A stretch of DNA of 64,000 nucleotides, from contig JAQFVV010000009.1 of the NCBI GenBank assembly GCA_028023455.1, forward strand, positions 13,764,001-13,828,000. Reading direction: 5' to 3'. Position numbers and translations under genes: made by a program. Shown here piece by piece: positions 38,401 through 49,900 of the stretch. Under the pieces are notes generated by a model, which had not been told where the DNA came from, made no database searches, and was given only the letters and a program-made list of their open reading frames with translations. Position 1 is the stretch's first letter; each line of letters opens with the position of its first letter. The stretch comes from Epiperipatus broadwayi (Eukaryota; Animalia; Onychophora).

Positions 38401-39240
38401 TTAGGTTATTTTTGTATATACCAAAGTCCATTCACCGCTTGAAATGCACATGCACAGAATTGTTAATGGAGCAGTGTTTTTCTGTGAGATGACTCATACT
38501 AAGAAATAGAAATTGTAGTGTTTTGTTTCTTAGTTTATTTTCTATGAATTCTAGGAATAAAAAACAATTAACAAATAAAAGAAAATCTTAGAACTGAATT
38601 AAAGATAAATTTAATACAATTAGTCATAATTTAAAAGATTGTAAAAGAAAATATATAATATGAATAAATTTATAAGCTTTTTGCAGACCACTAAAATTTT
38701 TCTGCAGACCCACCCTTTGAGAAACATTGATCTAGTAATTTATTTTTGTCTGAAGTATGTTAACGTAAAAGTGAAATTTACTTTTAGATACTATCCAAGA
38801 TTTTATAAGGATCTTTATAAATCAGAACACAGCTTATTACTGTTAAATTTTAATATAAATACTGTAAACCTATGAAAATCATTTGTTTAAAATCTATAGC
38901 TCTTTATGGGAGAATATAATTTTATCTGTATTTAGAAAGTTGTTATACTTTCAATCTTCCTATTATTGCTTTTATTAATACAATTCTTATAAGATTTTGA
39001 ATACTAGTTAAAAGCTGAATTCATTAATAGTTTAAAATATTTAAGACAAAATATTAATTGTCATAATTTCAGCTTGCAATGCCTGTTTTTAATTGGTGCT
39101 GTGCATGATGTGTTTCTATATTTAATTGTTTCACTGCTAATAACATTATTTATAAAAGTTCAGATATTCATGTGAAATGTTCAACATTAATTTATATAAA
39201 TACATGTGTAAATTAAAAATATTTAAACTGTGATAAAATA
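35430..39240. repeat. Tandem repeat family Y, about 320-bp unit, interrupted by the hAT element and ending in an inverted copy (about 38858-39240)
   Basis: tcacag.tttata recurs near 35435, 35763 and 36080. The unit resumes after 38737. tttagaaagttgttatactttcaatcttc and aatttcagcttgcaatgcctgtttttaattgg are reverse complements of unit segments. Confidence 0.75.
36216..38729 (-). mobile_element. Decayed hAT (Buster/Charlie) DNA transposon with ZBED5/SCAND3-like transposase remnant
   Basis: TIRs TAGTATTTCTCAA and TTTGAGAAACATTG. Degenerate 8-bp TSD ATTTAATA / ATCTAGTA with central TA. Minus-strand peptides QFNPDYLKFGF...PQCIICKEIL, QIDESIDV, EELFYC and CVGLCTDEAASMTG, with many stops and frameshifts. 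Confidence 0.9.
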
Positions 39241-41171
39241 TAAAAAATATATTCCACAAGTATGTATAGGCGTCAGACAAATAATATAGTAATAAACTTA
39301 CAAAAATTGTTAAACCAGATTTTTGATGCAGAGCATCTTTATCAAAGTAAGACTATAATTAATTTTAGCAAATCTACATATATATATATAAATTTAAATT
39401 GAATCATACCCATTATAAATTGGAACATTAATTTTTATTAGAAGGAAGGCTATTCTAACATTAATGGATTTTTTTGAAATAATTACGTGTTGACTTTTTT
39501 TCTTCAGACAAATACTTTTAGTGTCACCAGATTTAAATAAATAACCAGTTTCTTTCCTGTGTTAAAAAAATACAGAATTATATGCACTATTGTTTTTAGC
39601 TCTTATTATGTAGGTAAATATGCTGAACAGTTCTAAAATTTAAATTTGTTTGTGACTATTCATAATATCTAACATTCAAATTTGGCAATCCAGGACATAA
39701 ATCATCCTTAGAATAATTAATTAGTCTATTAAAGATAAAGGACAATGAAAACCAATATTAAACTCTTTATTCAAAATTGAAATTATTTTTCTATGCAAAT
39801 TAGGAATATAGAGCATATCAATCCATGGTTTTGTAATATACTTAATTTGCAGAAAAAACTAATTTTAATTTTAAATAAGGAATTTAATATTAGTTTTCAA
39901 TATCCTTTATCTTTAAATAGACTAATTAATAATTTGAAGGCTAAGCTTGAAAATAATAATAAAACAGGGGAGACACAAACAAATTTAAAGACTAGTATTA
40001 CTTGATATATAATTAATTCAAAAAATTTTATTAGTGTTAGAGCCAATATTTTTTCTTTTAATAAGAAATAGTGATTTATAATGGGTATAAAATAATTTTT
40101 ACAACAAGTTGGTTAATTTTAACAGCCAATAACATTCCTCTTTTCAATTACACATGTTGATCATTTTATATTGAAATATGTTTTCTAAAATTAACTGTCT
40201 TCTTGCTATGGAGATGGTGCTCTGCATTAAAATCCAGGCTTAGCAATTTTTTGAAGATTATTGCAGTATTATTTATTACATGGTCACATATTCTTATGGA
40301 AAATAATTTTTTGTATAAATATATTTATCCACATAAATAACAAATATAAAAAAATGAAATTTGTCAAACAAGAATTTTGCAATTAGAACTTAGCTAATCT
40401 TTTATCTTTTTCATTTATTAAATCATGAAAAACAAATTTTCAGCATAATAAAACTGTTTATGTAAAGAATAAAACCGTTTCCTAATTCTAGTTGGTCAAT
40501 TCATAATAACTCCTGAAATATATTTATGTCACTGCACTTAAATTTTATCAAAATTTTTAAAACTCTTTAAAATGGAAAAGTCATTCTCATATCATTTTTA
40601 GTTATTATCTTTCTTAAAGAATTCTCATATATTTGTGCATCATTTTCTTTTTTTCTTATGCCTTCTGCATTTTAGTGCAATACTAATGACCAATTCAAAA
40701 ACAAAAGATTCATGAATCAAATCACAAACTATTTTTAATTTTGATACTCAATGCCACATGACTACTTGAGCAATTAACCATTTGACTCCCTTTCCTCAAG
40801 CTAATGATTGAGGGAATTTATCCTATTTTGGACGGGATAAAATTCTTGATTATCTGATATAGTATTAGATGAAATAGTAAAAACATCCATCTTATTAATA
40901 TTATAGTTTTGAAATCAGCACAGAAAAGAAAATATATCTAGCATATTATATATATTGTGATATATGAAGACCAATCTAAGTTTAATAATATGTACAATTT
41001 AAAATTTATTAGTTTATTACAAATTAAAAATTAACTGTGATAAAATTGAATACCTTATAAGGATCAAATTTTGAATTTGCAATAAAACAACATTAAAGTT
41101 GATTTTTTTTTTTTGTTGTTCAAGCACACTATATTAGAAATTAATAAGATTTAATGCACAATAGTTTAGAT

Positions 41172-41517
41172 CAGGGGTTCCCAGCCTTTTTGCACTTAAG
41201 AGCATATTCTATAATACTGGCCAGGTGACGGGCACCATTTATTTTTTCAATGTAAATTTATAGTTGGATATTGTTAATAATACACATAATGTACAAAAAA
41301 TATTTATTTCAAAAATAAAATTTTAACATATAATTAACGTTTATATTTTTACGCTGTAAAAGTATAGTATGCCCTACAATTTGATTACAATAAAATACAA
41401 TAATTTATAAGAAATTTAAAAAATTAAATTTATTTGTATCAGATAAATAATTTTTTATCGAATTTGGATAGTGGCAGGCACACGTAAAATGGTCTGCAGG
41501 CGCCATGGTGACCCCTG
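41172..41517. mobile_element. hAT (Buster/Charlie-type) MITE, 346 bp
   Basis: Ends CAGGGGTTCCCAGCC...GGTGACCCCTG with a perfect 8-bp TSD GTTTAGAT at 41164-41171 and 41518-41525. Confidence 0.92.
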
Positions 41518-41836
41518 GTTTAGATGTTGCTGAATGATTTTCATAATAGAAATAATAAATTCATATTTGTGTTAACTAATATCTATTCTTAAAAATATAA
41601 TCTTACTTTATTGCTTGAAATGTATGTGTATGCATGTATGTTTATTATTCCTATTACAAATTTAAAGAAATATTATTTTATAAAATTTCATTTAATATTA
41701 AAAAAAAAAGAAATCATTTATTATGATGCTAAATAAATAACAGAAATTATTTATTTTAATATGTATCACTTATATACTTTTAATTTATTGAAATTATAAT
41801 ATTTAATTTTAAAATATTTATTTAATATTATTATAC

Positions 41837-42207
41837 AAAATTAACAAAGCGTATGACACACTTGAATGAGAAGCTATAAAGATACACAGAAATTATTACA
41901 TGCTAAGCGCTTTTGAGGTCTTTTGCCTCATATTCATAGCGGTACTGTGAGCTGCAGAATGAGGAAATAGGGCTATAAAGATACACAGAAATTATTACAC
42001 GCTAAGCACTTTCGAGGCCTTTTGCCTCATATTCATAGCGGTACTGTGAGCTGCAGAATGAGGAAATAGGGCCCTATTTCCTCATTCTGCAGCTCACAGT
42101 ACCGCTATGAATATGAGGCAAAAGGCCTCGAAAGTGCTTAGCGTGTAATAATTTCTGTGTATCTTTATAGCTTCTCATTCAAGTGTGTCATACGCTTTGT
42201 TAATTTT
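41837..42207. repeat. Spacer-less palindrome centred on GGG|CCC (42071/42072) with a 99-bp tandem duplication in the left arm
   Basis: Units 41873-41971 and 41972-42070. The right arm is the reverse complement of one unit plus the 41837-41872 flank. Confidence 0.95.
42103..42143 (+). ncRNA. Candidate variant minimal hammerhead ribozyme (A3-U8 core); mirrored on the minus strand in both tandem units
   Basis: CGCT | ATGAATA | T | GAGGC-AAAAG-GCCTC | GAAA-GTGC-TT | AGCG. Stem I 4 bp, stem II 5 bp, stem III self-complementary (AGCGCT in the outer unit). Confidence 0.5.
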
Positions 42208-44378
42208 TTATATTAAATTATCGAATGAGAAGTCTTAAAATCTTTAATATTATTATGTAATTTGAAATATTTTTTATTGATAAAGAATACTATAACTTCT
42301 TAAAAAGGCATTCTCAAATGCAAAATTAGTGATTGTGAGAATCTTTAAACAATAGGAATTTTCCCCAAGGACAAATAGGTTAAAGTTTTGTGTGAAAAAT
42401 AGAATCTTAGTACATTGCTATAGCAATGGTGACTTAAAGCATGGCATGAAATAGGAATTTATAAGTAGAACAAAATCATATGGATAGATAGGAATTTCTT
42501 GATATATTCTGTACTTGTATTTGAAAGGTTACACTGAAGTTGCAATGCCAGAATAATAGGCTAGAAAATAAAAACATTTGCTTTTTGAGGGCAGTGGCCT
42601 TCTGTATTGCCCAAAATTAATAACATCTAATTATAAAACATCATTTACACAAGATTGTTTCAAGTAATATGAATGGAGAATGTTTAAAATAAATTGATTA
42701 AAATACCCAAAAGAAAAATGCTGCTGAACTTTGTTAAATCTTTATACTGCAAAAAGGAGAAAATAAAAGCTACAATACTAGTAAACAACTTGGATTTCTT
42801 GGACGTGTATCATCTTAAAATTTTTCTAAGGAAATGTCAAGGGAATTACTTCAGTACAAAATATAAACTATTTAAAGAACTTATTTGCTCATTAATACTT
42901 TTTTATGTATATAATTGTTTACTATTAAATATGTAATCTTCATAATATATTGTTAATATACAGATATATTTTAAAGAGAACAATCTCAAAGCCTATATTT
43001 ATATTTGATACATTATATTATTTATTTGTGTGAACATTTGTTATTTTTTAATTAAGGTTGTTTAAAATTTTCTATTTAAGATTAATATTTATGATTATTT
43101 ACTATATAATACTATGTTTTATTTATCTTTAGAATATTTTCCAGTCTTCATGATTATGAGTTTTCTTGGGTATTTAATGTTGTATTATCATATAGTAGAG
43201 CAAACCACCTATATTTATCTATGCATGCTTTGTTGTAAAGCCACCTATATTTTATAGAATTATATATTAAACAAATTTGAGGTATAGGAATGGCCATGTT
43301 TATACTATATAATAAAATTATATAATATTTGCATTAAGGAAATGCAAATAAAGATGTTGATGCAGTTGTATTGTAGAAAAATAAAAATTAAGTAAAGCAT
43401 TAAATTTTTGTGCATATAATTATTTTTATTAAAGCACATTTTTTGCTTTCCTTCTTTAATACATTTAGGTTCTTTAACAACATGCAGTGAAACATTTATA
43501 CATATTAAGATATAAAAGTATATCTGAGTTTAAAATTTTATTTCGTATTCAAGATCCAAGGAAGTGTCCTATTATTTATTCATCTATTTATTATTATCAT
43601 CTGATTTTTCTATTATTATTTTGTATAAATAAAGCATATTTTATATTTATTTAATTTAATTTGACTTTCATATTTTATTTATATCACATGTTTGAGTAAA
43701 TTTATGTAACTGTAAAATATAAATTTAATTGAAGAAAAGTATAGTTATTTAGTTATTGTATTTTATTATTTATAACATAGTTAAGCAAACATGTATATTA
43801 TAAAGATAAACTTATTTACATAAGTTTCATTATTAAATTTATATTTTACAGTTACATAAATATTTAGTTGTTAAATGATATAATTGATACAATAAAATGC
43901 CTTTTGTTATCCAGCCATATGTTAAAAAATTTGTATTTATTTATTTATCTGTGCTCATCTATTAATAAAAGATGGGGGGGGGTCACATTTTTAAATTTCA
44001 ATTAAACTTAAAAGGGTTTACCAAAAAATACTTGTAATAAAATATTTTATAATAATTTGTATTTTTTTTTTTTGAGTTAAAATTAGAGAAAATAACTAAT
44101 GCAAAGTTTAAACATAAGCAAATTCATTTCTCTATCTTTTAATCTTTGTAAAATCTCAATCAGAAATTCTTATTAACTATTCGTTTAAAATATTTATATA
44201 TTTATATGCACACACACCCAATTAAAATGTTATTATATATATATTACAGTAGTATTTCATTTATATTATAAAATTTGTCAAGTTTTTAGATAACCATTCT
44301 ATTTAAGATATTTCCCTATATAATAATGTATTAAAAAATTATAATATTCAATAATTTATTATTTTTCTTTCATTATAG

Positions 44379-44683
44379 ATCAAATTAAATTACTGACAGG
44401 TCATACAGCCAAACCAGAGTTTCTGCAAAAAATTACATGGATATGTTTAAATCACCATGAAAAAGTACAGCAGATAGATACAGTTCGTGCATTCCATTTT
44501 GGAAATAATTTTATTGTAGAAGTAGATATTGTTCTTCCTCATGATATGACTTTGAAAGAAGCTCATAACATTGGTGAACCATTACAGCAAAAATTGGAGC
44601 GACTACCTGAAGTAGAAAGGGCTTTTGTTCACCTTGATTATGAATTTAGTCATAATCCTAATATTGAGCATAAGCTTGTGTGA
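44379..44683 (+). CDS. Terminal coding exon of the CDF/MTP-like transporter (cytosolic dimerisation domain)
   Basis: Acceptor ttatag|AT. Translates (D)[100 protein letters not shown], with TGA at 44681-44683. This closely resembles plant MTP C-termini (DTVRAY..G....[31 protein letters not shown]). Confidence 0.96.
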
Positions 44684-44718
44684 TATAAAATTATATTTTT
44701 TTAAGTTGTAAATATGTA

Positions 44719-44724
44719 AATAAA
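44719..44724 (+). promoter_or_regulatory. Candidate polyadenylation signal of the CDF gene
   Basis: AATAAA 36 nt after the stop codon. The hexamer is common in such AT-rich DNA, so support is weak. Confidence 0.3.
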
Positions 44725-46659
44725 TAATCTTGCACAATTTTGTAAAATAAGTTTGCATGAGTGTTTATTTTTTTCCCTTGCAATTCAGAGTATTTTTAAC
44801 TTGATAATTTTTATTAGTCATTCATTACACTAGAGATTATCCAGTAATGAATAATATTTCTGTAGTGTAATATTCACTATACCACTATCACACAGGGTAG
44901 TGACTGGTTTCTTTATTTCCAGAATGATTGTCAACACTTCATGAATTAATTTGTGTAATATGAAAATAAATTACTTTTCTCTACATTATAAAGTTATGTT
45001 AAAAATTTGAGTAATTTTTTTATTTTTATCACTATTTCTTATCCCATTACGATATTTTTTTTGTATTTAGACTGCTTTTAATAAAATTATAAATTGAGTC
45101 TTATTTAAATCTGGGAATTAAACCGGTTATCTACTTTTGATCAGGTTAATTTTGTTAAATGGATTTTATTCAAGATTTTGTTTTTGATATGGTTAATTGT
45201 TTTTAATATTTTTCACCTGTTAATTAAATTATTATTCACTTTATTTATTTACAATCCTTTTTTAATGTTAGAGTTCTTTTGAATTAAAAAAATCAATATC
45301 ATTATCTTCTTTGGATTGTTAGTAGAAGTCAAAAAATCATTATGAAAAATTTGCTGTATACATGAAGTGTAAAACGATTTTAAAAAAAGATACTATAGAA
45401 AAAGTTTGTAAAGTTTTAAAACACAATTAAAAAATGAGAATATTCTGGTTTGACAAATCTGCCTTGTCTAATATTTATGGGATTCTGTATATAAGAAAAA
45501 ATTTGATATTTCATGAATTGTGTATGAAAGTGCTATTGTAATTGATTAAAAATGTACAGAATGTTTTTAAATTTTTGTCGAACTGAGAAGTTCATTTATA
45601 ATACATAAAGATTTGTTTTAAATAACAAACATAGAGAAAAAGCAAAGAGTTTCATGTTACAAGTTGTAAATATTTAAACACATTTTTAATTAAATAAAAA
45701 ATAAACTTTTATTATATATTAAAGAAACCACATTATACATAGTGACTTAATTATATATATGTAAAACTTAATTGAACACTATAAATATGCAGTCTATTAT
45801 TATTGCAGTTTTACATATGGTAATATTACCTGAAATATCAAACCTTTTGCAAGTCGCATTTCCTGAAAAGTTGATGATGTCAGTTTTCATTGATAGATAT
45901 GCATGTTCTGCAAGAGAATTAATTTTTCATCAAACATAAATAAGATCTTAAATTTCCATAGAAATTGTAAATTAATAATATTAATAGATTGTAAATATAT
46001 ATAATAATTTCACAGATAATTTTAAAATGAAATATCATTGATATTAATTGGTGTCAGAAAAATCAATATTTATTTATTATTACTTAAAAATAAATGAAAA
46101 ATTGTATTAATATATAGTTAATTTTTTATCTTACTTGTTTTGTTTTTTCCTGTTTTCTGATTTTGAATTAAAAAGTTTTATTATACATAAAAATCAAAAT
46201 ACAATAATAATAACAATATTTGAAGTAATACTCTACTTTTCAATGATGACATACTAAAAGAATGAATATAAATTATGCAATTCACAATCCTTCTCAGGAG
46301 ATTACATCCTTGATAAAGAGTGTTTCACTACTTATTTTTATTTCATTTGCTTATTTATTTATATTATTATTTTTATTCATTATATTTATTTCTTATTTGC
46401 CATATTTTTTAACAAGCACTTATTCACAATAATCAGGTGGGAAATTTTTATATTTTATTAGCTCAACTGAAATGTGGTTGTCTAGATTATTAATCTAAAT
46501 ATAAATATAATAGTGGAAATTAATTATAGAATTAAATTCAGATGGAATGCTTTTTAGTAATAAAGTTTAATATTACAGGAAATCTACCTATATGTTGTCT
46601 TATTAGTGCTTACATATACATCTGAAATTCAGACACCTAATAGAAAGTAATAGTGCAGA

Positions 46660-46930
46660 GAAATGTTAGGATTGATATGGATGGTTTGAAAATGGAATAT
46701 ATAGAGATCAGAGAAAAATTAAAAGGCTGGAATGGAGATGAACTGGATATATCAAGAGATAATAAATTGTCAACTAAACTCTTTAATCTAAACTTTCAAA
46801 AATTTTAAGATCTAGAAAAAGATTATATATGAGATGCATTGATATAAAAAAAAAAAAAGTTTGCTGGAATGGTAAAGGATTCAAGAAACGATTTAGTTTA
46901 GAGACCTGATTCTATAGTGGGTTGACAATA
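46660..46930 (+). mobile_element. Short decayed 3' fragment of an RTE-clade LINE
   Basis: Frameshifted peptides MLG...IR...KRLEWR.TGYI.RDNK resemble the RTE C-terminal MLG...KW.WAGH.R..DNRW region. Confidence 0.45.
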
Positions 46931-49900
46931 GTTGAAAATAGTAATAATTTATAAATATTATTGGTTTAAGCTTTTAGAAGAATATATAGTATATGTAAAC
47001 ACAAATTATTAATCAGTTGATATTTAATGTGTGATTTTGAAATAAAGAAGATGTGTAATTGTTATAAAAATTTGAGTCCTTTCAAGTAAACTGATCAAAG
47101 AATATTTGCCTTATTTAATTATTTGTTTTAATTATATGTGCTATTATATATTGTGCCATTACAATTTAGTCATTAGCTAAATTTGTAGTAATGTGCATGA
47201 AAGAAAACATGGAACAAAAATCATCATCACATTTTTATATAGTAAAGGAAGCTGTAGGGCACACAAGTTTAAACCCTACAAGATCCAGTTCTAAAAACTT
47301 AAGACAGAAAGAGAGTGGGGCAACAGTTATGTTCTTTATTTGTTTGTGTGTTGATAAAAAACTCAAAAAGAATAGTACACACATTTAATTATTCAATATT
47401 TAATTTTTTTTGTTAAAAAAGTAAAGTAATAACACATATATAGGCAGTGTGTGTGTAAGCTATTTAATTATCATTGCATATTTCAAATATTAAACTCTCT
47501 TCAAAGCTAACCTGCATTTGCTAAATTCTAATATTTTATTCTATTTCTATTTTTGTTTTTCTATGATTATAATTTGGGGTTTAAAAGTTGTAGTTTGGGG
47601 TTTGAAAGTTAATGATTTAATTGTAGATATTAAAACTAAATTTCTAAAAAGCATTTAGATTATTTTATAGGCCAGTTTTATAAATGATTTGAATAATAGG
47701 GTGTGTGTGTATATTGCGAACATAAATTACATTTTTTTATTTATTACATATTGAAGAAAAAAAGAAGAGTTAAAACTTAAATTATTTGCTTCACAATTTT
47801 GTGTTAAGGGAGAAAGATTACTTAAGCTTGGTGAGAACTTTAATTTTAAAGTTGTCTCATCTTAGATCAAAGAGAAGAGATGGAATATTATGGGAGTGCG
47901 ATTTTTACCAGCAGAGTGAGAAGGGAAACGTTTAAGATAATTTTACTTGAAAAACAAATTAAGCTTTCCAAAAATCATGTAAGTGCAAGTTTCTTATATT
48001 GTTTGTTACTGATTACTCTAACTGAAAAACAAAGTATAAAACCTGCCTGGAAAGTCATCTGAAAAGGATTTTAAAATATTGAAACTAAGGAAGACAAGCA
48101 TTTTTAATTCGGCCAGATATCCTTTTTAATATCATTTTTTTTAATATAAAGTTTTTGAAGATGGAAAATATAAGGATGGCGGGCTAAGAAAAATATAAAT
48201 CTCATCTGGGGAAAATCCCTGATTCATCCCAGAGCTAGCATATCATATAGGAAGGAAAAAAAATAATAAAAATGTCATGTCTGAAATGAAATTAAAATAT
48301 TCTACATCTGATGACTGAAAGAAATGCGATATTTTCAGTGGGAGAAAACATTCACCTGCATTTGAAAGCTGAAGGAAAATGATTAATCGACTGATAAGTA
48401 TTAAATCATCTAGTACAAATTGAATCATCTAGTACAATTATTCCAATGACTGAATTTAAACCCAGTAAGAAAATTGTGAGGGAGAGAACAACTGATATAC
48501 TCTAATGGAAGAATTATGCTTAAGAAGAAGAGAAGAAAAAGTTCCAGTGGCAAATAATATCACCACCATGAAATAATTACAAGCCTCAAGAAAAAGAAAC
48601 CTTCCAGCAAACTGCGGAAATTGATTGCTGCAAACGTATAAATATTAAACAAGCTAAGTTTGAACCTGTGGGACTGGTAATAAGAATTTTCGTTATCTAT
48701 TTTCTTTTTATGATCTCAAAGACTATCCATAACATTTTAGAGATGAAGTTTTCTATTTTTTCTCTTAGAACTTTAAAACAATCATAATCGATTGAAAACA
48801 AAATTTTCTTCAATAAGAATAGTTATAACCTTGAGTAATAATTTTATGTATGTTAAAACCATTATACCCAGCTTATTAATGAAGTTTATTTTCTAAAAGG
48901 TATTATTGTATACCAATCTAAAATTATGAAATGTTTGTTAATATGTAAAAGATTTTATTATTATTATTTTGTTTTTAAATGTTTAGTTATAAGGGGATAA
49001 ACATACACAGAAATATAACCATACTTGCCACATGTATATGATGTATGAATGTGGAAAAATAGATAGCATTTAAAATATTAGATTACTTTTGTTTGATTTA
49101 AAGAATATCGATCTCCAAGCTTAACGGGAAGGGGGAGAAGCAATTTAAAAACTTGTTTCTGGAAATCTTTTTCTTTTCGGTTTAACTAACATTTTTCTAC
49201 TTCATCATTCTATTTTATGGGTTAAGTTTAGATGTATAAAGATCAAAAGTATGTGTGCCAAAGAGTGAATATTTTTTTTTAAATGAAATATTTTCTTGCG
49301 AAGAGAAAACTTTAGCAAACTTAGCATCCAATTTAATATACATTATATATATTTGACGGAAAAGGGGGGTGCAATTTAATCAATTGTTATTATCATTATT
49401 AGTCATATAAATTCTTAGTTTTATCTTTAAATTGTTTGTATATGTCGGTAATGCATTAATAAATATTAAATTGTTTTATTAAACGAGGTGTATATATTTA
49501 ATTGAGAGTATTCTTTATTAGTTGTGATCATTCATCATCAATGGTTAATATTAATTATTTAAGATCTAATTTGATATACTAAGATTAAAAAAGAGTTATG
49601 AATTTCTTTAAAAATTAAGTTTTATGATTAGGCTTAGTACTAAAGCTGTGGATGGAACTATTATCATCGTCATCATCATCCCGTTTTAATTAATGAGCTA
49701 GATAAATGTTTAAAGGTCATAGATAAATAAGTGATTTCATGGTATTTAGTTGACATTCGTGAATAATAATGACTACCATTCCATCATCTACATCATGCAA
49801 GGATGTGTGAATTGCCATTCTAAATTAATAGTATAATCTGAGCTAGTAAAACTTATAAAGATATTGAAATGCATTTATTATGTTAAGATCTAGGAAATGA

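Noticed and set aside
47860-48700. Decayed retroelement ORF
   Set aside because: The composition is suggestive, but I could not recover any diagnostic motif.
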